Shown here piece after piece: positions 47,265 through 56,723 of a stretch of DNA of 64,000 nucleotides. The position numbers and the translations under genes were made by a program. The stretch lies in UHGV virus genome UHGV-1550212, one strand, 5' to 3'. The notes below the pieces were generated by a model that did not search any database, had not been told where the DNA came from, and worked only from the letters and a program-made list of their open reading frames with translations. Source of the stretch: a virus. How positions within the stretch are numbered: the stretch's first letter is position 1; the number at the start of each line of letters is the position of its first letter.

Positions 47265-47729
47265 TCAGAAGATGATTTTGCCTGCTTGCTGATTGATAAT
47301 TACATGTGATGTGCTTCGCCTGTTTGCGACAATTGATGCATTAGATGCTTGTGCTTCAACTTTGTCTGTTGTAGTTTTATTGACTGTCTGTGGAACTGTT
47401 TTTGCATCTGCATTCTGCTTGTATGTCAGCACTGTTATGGCATCATATACAGAAGTCTCAGGCACAAGCAAGATGTCATTAGGCTCAAAATCAAATGGGG
47501 ACTTGCGATTGTTGAATGTCATCAATTGCTCAATGCCGCGTTTATGCGCGTATACGTACTCAGATAAGCCAATAGGATTTGCTGCATACACAGGATGCAC
47601 AAGAGCAACACCGCCGACACCGACAGTGTCAAATTGTCTTGATTGCGTAGCTGTTATGGGTTCATCTGAGTGCAATGTAACATTGTCAAGCAATGGCATT
47701 GCAACATCATCATAATTATCTGTGACCAT
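47265..47729 (-). CDS. hypothetical protein (154 aa)
   Basis: ORF track. Confidence 0.45.
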   Translation of the reverse strand: MVTDNYDDVAMPLLDNVTLHSDEPITATQSRQFDTVGVGGVALVHPVYAANPIGLSEYVYAHKRGIEQLMTFNNRKSPFDFEPNDILLVPETSVYDAITVLTYKQNADAKTVPQTVNKTTTDKVEAQASNASIVANRRSTSHVIINQQAGKIIF

Positions 47730-47781
47730 GGTAGATGTGGTTTATGCTTATGAGATTGAGACATGAAATTGAACATCAATG

Positions 47782-48405
47782 TTATGCATTGGCAATTTCA
47801 GATGGCATTCTGAACTTGATGTCATTATACACAAATGTCAATGTGAATGTCATCACGTTCTGGTCTACACGAGTTTTGTCATATGTGAGTTCTGAAATTG
47901 CAGAAAACACGACATCAATGAAGTCGATGCCAAACAATGGTTTCTTTGCACCGCCATATGTCGCTACAAATCTGCAGGGCTGAAAGTAGATAGTTTCGCG
48001 TTTATCGTTAGCGTATCTGAACAAACTCTCTAAGCAACAAAAATAGCTTAAACCACCATTCGTCAATCTGCATGTCACCTGGATTCGCTTATCAAGTGCT
48101 TGATGAATTGTCTTGCTGCCCTTATGAAACTGTGTAATTGACTTCTTCATGCCACTGTCATCAAGAACTTTATTGACATTCTGAGTAACAATTGGCATCG
48201 ATATGCCCATCAATGACACAGACTGAATTGAATCATGCAACAAGTCATTGATGTCATAAATGATTTGTGTTGGTTGTTGCACAAACACTTTATTGTAAGT
48301 ATCAGCAATATCTTGCGGAATCAAATCAATTGGCAAGTCAAAGCGAAACTGGTCTGACCGTGTATCGAGAATGAGCATATTTTTGATAATTTGTTTATGT
48401 ACCAT
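47782..48405 (-). CDS. hypothetical protein (207 aa)
   Basis: ORF track. Confidence 0.45.
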   Translation of the reverse strand: MVHKQIIKNMLILDTRSDQFRFDLPIDLIPQDIADTYNKVFVQQPTQIIYDINDLLHDSIQSVSLMGISMPIVTQNVNKVLDDSGMKKSITQFHKGSKTIHQALDKRIQVTCRLTNGGLSYFCCLESLFRYANDKRETIYFQPCRFVATYGGAKKPLFGIDFIDVVFSAISELTYDKTRVDQNVMTFTLTFVYNDIKFRMPSEIANA

Positions 48406-49604
48406 TAACTGTCATACGACCAGTGACCACAGTCATACACTGGCACAAATCCAGTGTCAAGCATTTCTTGCTCAATAAAGCCATCATCAAGCAAATGTTC
48501 ACCTGACTTCGTATTGACCCAATGCTTCTTAATTGTGCATTCATCAACCACAAAGGGATTAAGTGCATTGTCAGTGCAATCAATGAACACATTATTCAAA
48601 TGCGCGTCAATGACATGCAGCACAATTTCTGGGTTGTGCCAATCAAATATCATAAGTGGCGTGTAGCCACATACAATTGCAAGTTGTTGCTTCCACCAAT
48701 GATAGTTTGGCTGTTTTGCTTCTGCGGCATTTCGTTTAAAGCCATACACGCTATTATGAGTATGCGTCGGGTTAACGTCAATTAGCAGATTGCCATAATA
48801 CAGGTCATATGATGTTATGCCAACATCATGTTCAAACTCAAAATGCACACCAAGATGTTCTTCAATGTATGATTGCCACCATCTGTTTGGCGCAGATATG
48901 ATTTGCCCATTTGCTTGCATACATTTATTTGTCATGCAAAACCATGGCACACCGTAACGTTCCATACAGGTTTTTGAAATTGCAGCAAGCCATTCATCTT
49001 TGTCTCTATGCGGCCATGCATAACCATAACGCAGACGACATGTTTGTTGAGCTTTAGCAACGATTGGCGCTAAACGTTCACCGTATATTTCACGTTTAGT
49101 TGCGATGGCTTTGCGTGGATTAGTCCATCCAGCATCACCCCATCGCTCAAGCTTCGTTTGCTGAGATTTTTCAACAATCAGTTCAAGATTCTCACCATAT
49201 TTTTGACGACGAGTTTGCATTGCTGCAACATAATCTGTAATGCATCTATGGCCATACAAACGTTCTTTTGTCGCACTATGTGCTTTATCGCCATATGAAC
49301 TGCCGTAGCGTGCAACTTTAGTGGCAATTGTTTGCTTGATGTTGCCTGCTTTAGAACCATAACGAGCTTCTTTAGTTGCTACGCATTTTTGTTTGACTTC
49401 TGCTCTGTTCCAATTATGCTCAACGCCATGTTTACGAAGATGGCCAATTTTCATGTTGTACACGTTTTTGATATGACCATGAGATGTCTTACGTGGTGCA
49501 TATCGTACAAATGGTGTTTCTGCAAGCAACTTATCTCGTTCAGCTTCAAGCTCTTTAATTCGAGCTTCAAGAGCTTCACCAGTCAAATGCTCTACATGTT
49601 TCAT
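48405..49604 (-). CDS. RYG-repeat / Vsr-DUF559-like nuclease (putative homing endonuclease)
   Basis: N-terminal ALEARIKELEAERD, tandem RYG repeats, LLIDVNPTHTHNS...GYTPLMIFDWHN...FVPVYDCGH. Confidence 0.55.
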   Translation of the reverse strand: MKHVEHLTGEALEARIKELEAERDKLLAETPFVRYAPRKTSHGHIKNVYNMKIGHLRKHGVEHNWNRAEVKQKCVATKEARYGSKAGNIKQTIATKVARYGSSYGDKAHSATKERLYGHRCITDYVAAMQTRRQKYGENLELIVEKSQQTKLERWGDAGWTNPRKAIATKREIYGERLAPIVAKAQQTCRLRYGYAWPHRDKDEWLAAISKTCMERYGVPWFCMTNKCMQANGQIISAPNRWWQSYIEEHLGVHFEFEHDVGITSYDLYYGNLLIDVNPTHTHNSVYGFKRNAAEAKQPNYHWWKQQLAIVCGYTPLMIFDWHNPEIVLHVIDAHLNNVFIDCTDNALNPFVVDECTIKKHWVNTKSGEHLLDDGFIEQEMLDTGFVPVYDCGHWSYDS

Positions 49605-50089
49605 TCGTGTTTGCCAGTTTGAAATAACGAATCAATTGGGATGTGAATACCAGGTTTGGATTGAATGTTCCATCCGCGCGCCAAACCATTAAGTACGCAG
49701 CTCGTAAGGTAAGAAAACGCGTTTTGAGTTACTGTTGGGTCAAACATTTGCCACTTTGACGCCAAAATTAACATGGCTTCTGCTGCGACATCTGCTTGTA
49801 AGTCTTTGTCCCTGTAGTATAAACGTCTCTGCACATGTTTGATAAGCAACTCAAACATGTGTATAAGTTTATTTGACAGCTGTCCAGATACTTTGCATGC
49901 GCATATTTCTGCACAAAGTTCTTTGCTGTTGATGTAATAGTTTGATGGCTGACCTCGCTTCTTTGTGTTTGCAGCTTCTTCACGAAGTTGGTCTTCAAGT
50001 TGTGTCAACATGTCATCATCTGACACGTATTGAATATGCTTGTCTTCTGGTAGTTTAGATTCTATTGGTTGTAAGTTTTGCAGTGGCAT
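49601..50089 (-). CDS. late transcription sigma factor (T4 gp55-like), putative
   Basis: YYINSKELCAEI...AMLILASKWQ...NAFSYLTSCVLNGLARGW parallels gp55 conserved regions; ATG at 50089 downstream of TTGTACAA motif at 50119. Confidence 0.5.
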   Translation of the reverse strand: MPLQNLQPIESKLPEDKHIQYVSDDDMLTQLEDQLREEAANTKKRGQPSNYYINSKELCAEICACKVSGQLSNKLIHMFELLIKHVQRRLYYRDKDLQADVAAEAMLILASKWQMFDPTVTQNAFSYLTSCVLNGLARGWNIQSKPGIHIPIDSLFQTGKHE

Positions 50090-50153
50090 AGCAGTGAGCA
50101 TTAAAATTCCTATATAAATTGTACAACGCTTTGTGCACATTTGCAATCATAAA

Positions 50154-50181
50154 AAAGCTCAGCCAATTACGGCTGAGCTTT
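50154..50181 (-). terminator. terminator hairpin
   Basis: 11-bp stem aaagctcagcc / ggctgagcttt with A-run/T-run flanks. Confidence 0.5.
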
Positions 50182-50205
50182 CATTGAGATGCGTCTTGTC
50201 TGCCA

Positions 50206-51495
50206 CTATTCTTTTGGCAGAAGTTCAGCAATGCGTGACTGCAATTGCTCTTTCTGCTTCAAGTAGCTATCAAGAATTTGCTGATGAGCTGCATAGCCCT
50301 CTGATGTCGGGTCCATGCTCTGCATTGTTACTTGAACTGCAGCAATGTCTGATTCAACATTATTGAGCACTGTTTGATATGCATCAACTTGTGCAGATGC
50401 ACGAATTGCAGCTTTCATTGCAGTATCATAATGTTCACGCCACATTGACTTGATGCATTCGATTTCTGGTGTGCTTACAGAAATTGACTGCAATGCTGCA
50501 ATGAGTGCAACAATGCCGCCATACACTGTAATGATGCCAGACTGAGTATCAAGCATATTGAAGTGATTGCCATCAACTGCATATACAATGATAGGCGCAG
50601 ATTGCAGCTTAACTGAATTGTCGAGAACTGCAAGCTTTGTGAACTGCTGTGCTACTGCAATGACTGCATTGCAAATTGCCTCTGCAGTCTCAAATTCGCC
50701 AGCAACTTGCATGCTAACTTGATTGAGTTGCATATAAGTCTTGACTTTCTCAGCGAATTCAAGTGCAGTCATAACTTGTGAATCAAGCTCAACTGCATCT
50801 TGGCCAACAATGCGAACATGGCCGACAATTGTGTCAGCAAAGAATGCTTCAGTCTTTGGACAATACTGAACAAGTGATATTGCATTCATCAATGCGATAG
50901 ATTCTGCTGATGGCTCAGATGTTGTAGCATACAGCAAATTGCCATCAGACACAGTGAACCACTTGCCAACTACAGGCAGACCCATGATGTCACCTGCAAT
51001 AATTGCAAGCACATGCTGGCAATCACCTGTAGCAATGATGTGTTCGGGATTTGCTGCGTAGTAGATGTCTTTTGCCTGCTTAATGAGCGACTTCACCTCA
51101 GGGTACATGTCATAATTGTCAAGCACGCCATCAACTGCAATTGCTCGAATGATTGGCTCATCAGTTGATGCAACATCTACTGCATCTTCGATTGCTGACG
51201 CAGCCCTTTGCATATTTGCAGAGCCATCACTCATCAAATCCTCCATGACAAGTGATGCTTTGAAGCCAAAGCCATCTGCACCAATTGCTGTTTTCTGTGA
51301 TTTTGCAAATGCGCGTACAGCAGCATCTTTGCTATTTGCGGCGCTTTCCAAAATCAATGCAGCTTTTCGAAGAGTCAGACCAGACTTTTTGATTTGTGCA
51401 AGTGACTCATTGACAAAGTTTGCACCGCCAAAAGTCAATGCTTTGATGCCTTTGATACCTTGAACAAATGCATCAACGTTTACAGTATGTTTCAT
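50206..51495 (-). CDS. hypothetical head-associated protein (429 aa) with N-terminal propeptide-like segment
   Basis: N-terminus ...TFGGANFVNE-S carries the recurrent FVNE motif at residues 27-30. Confidence 0.45.
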   Translation of the reverse strand: MKHTVNVDAFVQGIKGIKALTFGGANFVNESLAQIKKSGLTLRKAALILESAANSKDAAVRAFAKSQKTAIGADGFGFKASLVMEDLMSDGSANMQRAASAIEDAVDVASTDEPIIRAIAVDGVLDNYDMYPEVKSLIKQAKDIYYAANPEHIIATGDCQHVLAIIAGDIMGLPVVGKWFTVSDGNLLYATTSEPSAESIALMNAISLVQYCPKTEAFFADTIVGHVRIVGQDAVELDSQVMTALEFAEKVKTYMQLNQVSMQVAGEFETAEAICNAVIAVAQQFTKLAVLDNSVKLQSAPIIVYAVDGNHFNMLDTQSGIITVYGGIVALIAALQSISVSTPEIECIKSMWREHYDTAMKAAIRASAQVDAYQTVLNNVESDIAAVQVTMQSMDPTSEGYAAHQQILDSYLKQKEQLQSRIAELLPKE

Positions 51496-51502
51496 AGTCT
51501 AC

Positions 51503-52993
51503 TTATGCCTTTTTAGATTTGCGCTTTGCGGCAACTACGACTTCTGCTACGATAGCTTCTACAGTAGCTTCAGTTACAACAGACTTGTCTGCAACTTTTA
51601 CAAGAGCTGCATGCAACTTGTAGTTGCCGACTTTGCTGAAAGTGCACTTGAATTCTGTTGTTGCGTTGTATTCTGCAGGTACTGCAAAACCACTGTCAGG
51701 ACCCCATACACCAGTGTCTTCAAATGTCCAAGACTGTCCTTGTGAATCTGTTGCAGCGAATGTCACATGACCATCTTCAGGTGCTTCTACAATTTCATAT
51801 TGCAGCTGAACGCCATCAACACCTGCTTTACCAACGACTTCAGTTGCAAGTGTTGCATTGATTGCAACTTCTGTTGTAGGCTGAATACTTGCAGGGACAT
51901 CTACAGAAATCTTGTATTCTGACACTTCAGGCTGAACTGGCTCAGCAACAACTACTGTAGACTCTGCTTCAACAACTACACTGTCATCAGCAACCTTGGC
52001 AAGAACTGCATGCAACTTGTATGCGCCTGCCTTGCTAAAGATTACAGTGAACTTTGTAGTTGCATTGTATTCTGCTGGAATGTCAAAGCCTACTGCAGGA
52101 CCCCAAGTTCCATTATCGACGAATGTGTATTCATTGCCAGTTGTGTCAGTAGCCTTGAATGTCACATGACCATCTTCAGGTGCTACGTCCACGCCATAAC
52201 GGAACTGAACTTTGTCAACGCCGACGTCGCCAACAGTCTTCGTTTTGAATGTTGCATCAAGCTCAACTTCAGTGTTTTCGATTATTGTTTCAGGTGCAGA
52301 CATTTCGAACTCGTACTCAGACACTGTTTGTGCAGCTTGTTCAAGTTTGATGTTCTTTGTCTTGTTTGAACTCATAGTCTCACGACCAGCATGGCTAATG
52401 TAGCCCTCTTTAGACACTTCCCATACAATTTCTTCGCCTGACAAAACAGTCAACGAATTGCGAACTTCGCCATTCATCTTGATAACTGCATCTGCAGGTT
52501 CTACATTAATTGTCAGTGTAGCTTTGCTAAGCTTAACAAGCTCCACTACTTGAATGACATCATGATTTGTGAGCGTGATTGTGCCCTCCTGAGATTCATA
52601 GCCCTCTTTCGACACTTCCCACTTAATTGGAATGCCTGCGGGCACATTCTCAAGCATCTTTGTAGCCTCACCATTGATTTCTACATGAGCATCTTCAGGC
52701 ACTGGCTGAATTGTGATGCTGAACTTGTCTTTACCAGGTTCAGGGTCTGGTCCGGGTCCTGGGTCATCACCAGTAATTGCAGGGATGATAGTGTTTTCGA
52801 TGACTTTCTGAGCTTCTGCAGTTGTGCCATAGAATTTGAGAGTTTTCTTGGCTTCTTCTACAGACATCTTCTCAAGATTATCTGCAAGATATGTCAGACC
52901 AGTGACTGCAGCAATTTTCTGCCGCATTTCTGGGCTAATGACTACACCAGTAGATTTGACTACTGGAGCAGCTTGTTTTTGTTTCTTTGCCAT
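51503..52993 (-). CDS. surface/decoration-type protein with PEGA-like and Ig-like domain duplications
   Basis: two ~60-aa PEGA-like repeats (...NGE...WEVSKEGY) and two ~100-aa repeats (APEDGHVTF.ATD...WGP..GF..PAEYNATT.F...SK.G.YKLHA); GPGPDPEPG linker; Lys-rich C-terminus; ATG at 52993. Confidence 0.5.
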   Translation of the reverse strand: MAKKQKQAAPVVKSTGVVISPEMRQKIAAVTGLTYLADNLEKMSVEEAKKTLKFYGTTAEAQKVIENTIIPAITGDDPGPGPDPEPGKDKFSITIQPVPEDAHVEINGEATKMLENVPAGIPIKWEVSKEGYESQEGTITLTNHDVIQVVELVKLSKATLTINVEPADAVIKMNGEVRNSLTVLSGEEIVWEVSKEGYISHAGRETMSSNKTKNIKLEQAAQTVSEYEFEMSAPETIIENTEVELDATFKTKTVGDVGVDKVQFRYGVDVAPEDGHVTFKATDTTGNEYTFVDNGTWGPAVGFDIPAEYNATTKFTVIFSKAGAYKLHAVLAKVADDSVVVEAESTVVVAEPVQPEVSEYKISVDVPASIQPTTEVAINATLATEVVGKAGVDGVQLQYEIVEAPEDGHVTFAATDSQGQSWTFEDTGVWGPDSGFAVPAEYNATTEFKCTFSKVGNYKLHAALVKVADKSVVTEATVEAIVAEVVVAAKRKSKKA

Positions 52994-53137
52994 AAGATAT
53001 TGTGAATTTGGTTGTTTATTCTTAACAAAATATGTACATACAGATGCAACAGATGATATGTCAGATACACAAAGCTGCATAAAATGACCAGACTTGCAAA
53101 TAAATTTAAGCAAGTCTGGTCATCAGTTTTGATTGCA

Positions 53138-54430
53138 CTACAACAATGACGGCACTCGTTGAGTTTCAAGTGGGTCGCTGACATTGATGCCTGTGTATGC
53201 AACAAGTCGTTGTATTGGGCCAAGTACGAGTTTTTCGAACATGAGTCGTTTGTTCATTGGCGGCACATCTGGCATATACTTCGGTGTCGGCATTTCGCCT
53301 GGTGCAAAGCCAAATGCATCGCAATATTGACGAGAGCCAATTGGTATATTTGACAAATCTGACTTTGCTCTGTCAACAAAGTAGTAGAACACTCGACCGC
53401 CTTCAATCAATGGGTATCGTGTTTCCAATCCATGTGCTTTGACAAGACAGTTATGCCAACAACATGCTCTATATTGAGGCAGTACACCTTTTGCTAACTG
53501 CCATTCACCATCATAGCTTAGCACATAGTCATGATACTTGTTTGCATTGACATATGCACAAAGTTTCTCCAAGTCTTGCTCGGCTTCAAAGCGTTTCCAT
53601 AATTTCTGTATGAGCTTTGGATATGTCGCAGAAGTTAATTCGCCTCTGAACATTTTCTTGAATGCATAATCAAGCATTTGTCTAACAAGCATTGACGAGC
53701 CTGTTTGAATAAGTTCGATGCCTTTGCCTTGAATGTGCTCAGTAGGGTCTTCGAATACTCGACCATCTACATATATTTGAGCCTTTAAGTACTTTTTCTT
53801 TTGGGCAAATAATGCAGTGTCAGAAATCGTTTCGAGGTCAAATAGCAAAATTGAATTGCCGTGGCGTTTTGCGAGGTCTGCTGCATATGCACCATTGAAT
53901 AACTCTTCCATACGATATTTGAATATCGCAAGAATCAAGTCATACCAATTTTTGCCTATGTAGCCAATTGATTTGACAGTTGGCTCAAAGTGAATGTACA
54001 AAGAGTCTGTATCAATGTACAACACTTTGTCTTCATAAGGCTCTTGCTTTGGCGACACAGACAAATCAAAATTGCCCTTCAATTGTGGGTCATTACGCAG
54101 CTTTTCATGCAATTCATAATCACACCACCACTTATTGTTGAGATAGTCATTTGCTACTCGTTCACCAAAGTGAATGAAGTTGCGGCCTTCAGCAGTAATT
54201 GATTCTGCAACTGCCATATTAAAGAAGTGATAGAAACGATTGCTTGTAGCGCCATATATTGAGTTTCGACAACATTTTGCTGAGACTTGCAGTCCTGCAT
54301 GCTTTAGTGATTCTTGCATTGCAAAATCTCTCAATTCAAATAGACGTTCAGTAGACAACTGGCTTAAATCACCAGTCAAATCTACTCCATCTATTTCAAT
54401 TTTTGACATATCTATCTGAGCTTCTGCCAT
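53138..54430 (-). CDS. family-B DNA polymerase, C-terminal (polymerase motifs B and C) fragment
   Basis: motif B KCCRNSIYGATS (KxxxNSxYG), motif C YIDTDSLYI (YxDTDS). Confidence 0.8.
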   Translation of the reverse strand: MAEAQIDMSKIEIDGVDLTGDLSQLSTERLFELRDFAMQESLKHAGLQVSAKCCRNSIYGATSNRFYHFFNMAVAESITAEGRNFIHFGERVANDYLNNKWWCDYELHEKLRNDPQLKGNFDLSVSPKQEPYEDKVLYIDTDSLYIHFEPTVKSIGYIGKNWYDLILAIFKYRMEELFNGAYAADLAKRHGNSILLFDLETISDTALFAQKKKYLKAQIYVDGRVFEDPTEHIQGKGIELIQTGSSMLVRQMLDYAFKKMFRGELTSATYPKLIQKLWKRFEAEQDLEKLCAYVNANKYHDYVLSYDGEWQLAKGVLPQYRACCWHNCLVKAHGLETRYPLIEGGRVFYYFVDRAKSDLSNIPIGSRQYCDAFGFAPGEMPTPKYMPDVPPMNKRLMFEKLVLGPIQRLVAYTGINVSDPLETQRVPSLL

Positions 54431-54571
54431 AAGTTGTTTATTTTTGATTAAATTGTACTACACATGTTGCAATTTTTGCAATACACATGTTAAACCAAAA
54501 TGCAGCAGCAGATGTTCTGCTGCTGCATCGGCAGGTATCTTCACAATTGTTTGAGTTGATTGCAATGCGAT

Positions 54572-55399
54572 TTAGAATGGCAGGTCGCCATCATCACCTA
54601 CAGCATCAAAATCAGCAGCAATGTCATATACCAACGTCATTGCGATTCGCAAATCACGTTTCTTAGATTTCAGACGCATGATGTCATGACCTGAATTGTT
54701 TGTGATGACTGAGCATTCAAACTCTTCATTGCCGTCGATGAATGACAGCATTGATTTGTGAATTGTGATTGGCGACAAATCTGACGGATATGACGAATCA
54801 ATCACATATTCAAAGTTGTTGTTCTTGGCAATTAGGCCTCGTTCAGTTGTGCGAATCTCAATGCCGGGCAGTTCCTTGTCACCTGTATTCAATGAGCCAT
54901 ACGATGACATGATGCCAAAGTGATTTGACGTCAAATCGAGCTTTCTCAGATTTGTTGTGCTATCAAACAGCATTGACATATCATTGTCAGACAGCTCAAA
55001 GTAGCCAAGTGATGGCATTGAACAAACCTGATTGATTTTGAGCTGATTGTTTGAGATTACAATGAGCTCTGCAATTGTATCTGTACCAATTTGTTTGACA
55101 TAGATTTCAATCATTGCATATGAGCCAAATGCAGCAAGTACTCGATTGTTGAATTGCGTGCCATTGTAAATAAGCGCCTTGACTGTGACATCTTTGAGTG
55201 TAGACTCATAATGTTCGCAAATGTCAAGCACATTAAGTGTCTGCGACTTTACAAAGCTACTATTGCCAGCATCAGTTCTGATTCGCTGGTCATTGAGTGA
55301 AAAGCTAAGCTTGCCATCGCATTTTAATGATGATGCAAACAATGCTCGCAGCATATCAATGTTTGCATTGCGTAACGTAATTTTGTTCAGATTTTCCAT
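54572..55399 (-). CDS. hypothetical protein with SSB-like acidic C-terminal tip
   Basis: C-terminus DFDAVGDDGDLPF resembles the bacterial SSB DDDIPF tip; no clear OB-fold recognised. Confidence 0.35.
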   Translation of the reverse strand: MENLNKITLRNANIDMLRALFASSLKCDGKLSFSLNDQRIRTDAGNSSFVKSQTLNVLDICEHYESTLKDVTVKALIYNGTQFNNRVLAAFGSYAMIEIYVKQIGTDTIAELIVISNNQLKINQVCSMPSLGYFELSDNDMSMLFDSTTNLRKLDLTSNHFGIMSSYGSLNTGDKELPGIEIRTTERGLIAKNNNFEYVIDSSYPSDLSPITIHKSMLSFIDGNEEFECSVITNNSGHDIMRLKSKKRDLRIAMTLVYDIAADFDAVGDDGDLPF

Positions 55400-55467
55400 C
55401 TTGTATCTATGTTGTTGATTTTCAATTTAATATATTGAACAACATTTGTTGACATTTTGCAACATTG

Positions 55468-55842
55468 TCATCGATTGTCGCCTGACCCATGCAATACACC
55501 TCGCAATTTTCGAGACTGCAGTTTCTGAATGTTAAGCTGACAAATGTCAGTTAAGCTGTAGCCCAAATCATGTGCAAGAGTTGCAGCATACCACATGACA
55601 TCGCTGAGCTCTTTTGCGATTTCCTTGCGAATGTCTTCATTATCAAAATCACCATTCTTGTCTCGAATGACTTTTTTGACTTTGTCTGCAACTTCGCCTG
55701 CTTCACCCGTTAAGCCAAGTGTTGGATAGATAATTGCAGCTGATTTAGGATATACTGCGCTATCAAGCGCAGCAGTCTGATATTCATCAATAGTTGAAAT
55801 CCAAGTGTGGTCGATTACGCCGTGTTCATCTCGTTTAAGCAT
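55468..55842 (-). CDS. MazG-like nucleoside triphosphate pyrophosphohydrolase
   Basis: LTGEAGEVADKVKK and ELSDVMWYAATLAHDLG all-alpha NTP-PPase motifs. Confidence 0.6.
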   Translation of the reverse strand: MLKRDEHGVIDHTWISTIDEYQTAALDSAVYPKSAAIIYPTLGLTGEAGEVADKVKKVIRDKNGDFDNEDIRKEIAKELSDVMWYAATLAHDLGYSLTDICQLNIQKLQSRKLRGVLHGSGDNR

Positions 55843-55843
55843 A

Positions 55844-56335
55844 TCATTTACGTTTTTGTTTGACTCTTAATCGTTTTTGCATAAATGCTCTTGTAGCTTC
55901 ACCAAAAGCCATCTCGTCTCGTTCGCCACCACAAAGCTTTGCAAGCTTATTGAATGTGTCTTGGTCAATCATTGTGTACGTTGAGTTGTTGACCACATGC
56001 AATGCAAACTGAATCAGCGGTGCGCCTGGCTGCAAGCAGAATGGCTCTTTACCTGCATTGTACACTGCAAGATGAATCTCGCCATGATAGTCTGAATCTA
56101 CAAACTCACTTGTTTTGATGATAAGATGATTTCGTGAAATGCCCGACTTATTGTAGGCAATCAATGCATGACCGGCAGGCACAAGTGCTTTGATGCCAGA
56201 TGGAATTGCAATGCCCTCACCAGGTTGCAGCATTGTTTGCACAAAATCATTGGGTATGCAAAAGTCCCATGCGCCAGATTCTGCTGTTGACTTAAAAGGA
56301 CTTTCTACATTTCTGCATTTTGCAAAGAATAACAT
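55844..56335 (-). CDS. dUTPase-like protein
   Basis: SGAWDF, YNKSGISRNH, FVDSDYHGEIHLAVYN parallel dUTPase motifs 1-3. Confidence 0.5.
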   Translation of the reverse strand: MLFFAKCRNVESPFKSTAESGAWDFCIPNDFVQTMLQPGEGIAIPSGIKALVPAGHALIAYNKSGISRNHLIIKTSEFVDSDYHGEIHLAVYNAGKEPFCLQPGAPLIQFALHVVNNSTYTMIDQDTFNKLAKLCGGERDEMAFGEATRAFMQKRLRVKQKRK

Positions 56336-56358
56336 ATTAAGTATGTGTTTGTATGTTG

Positions 56359-56709
56359 TTAGTACATTTCTCGTTTAACAAGAGCTTTGCGTTTTGAGCG
56401 TAGCCCTGCCCTATTACGTAATTCTACTGACCAATCACGAATCATTTGCCATGCAATCCCACCACGTTGAATACCACCGTGCTTGAACATTTCATTGCAA
56501 ATACCTTGAATAAACACCGCATCAGACTTTGTCAATGCGTCAACAATTTGACCATGGTTGTCTTCTGTCTTGACATCATTGCAAAGCTTAAGCTCATCTA
56601 CTGAAAGTTCGCCAAGCAGCTCATAGTAGTATATGAGAGCTTTGCGTGCGGCAATTGCTTTTCTTGAATTGCCAGAATAAGACAAAGTCACATGTTTGCT
56701 CATATTCAA
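56359..56709 (-). CDS. hypothetical protein (116 aa)
   Basis: ORF track. Confidence 0.4.
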   Translation of the reverse strand: MNMSKHVTLSYSGNSRKAIAARKALIYYYELLGELSVDELKLCNDVKTEDNHGQIVDALTKSDAVFIQGICNEMFKHGGIQRGGIAWQMIRDWSVELRNRAGLRSKRKALVKREMY

Positions 56710-56723
56710 TTATTGTTATGGTG

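Noticed and set aside
54572-55399. Sliding clamp (gp45-like) assignment
   Set aside because: Only vague N-terminal resemblance; no supporting motif, so left as hypothetical with an SSB-like tip
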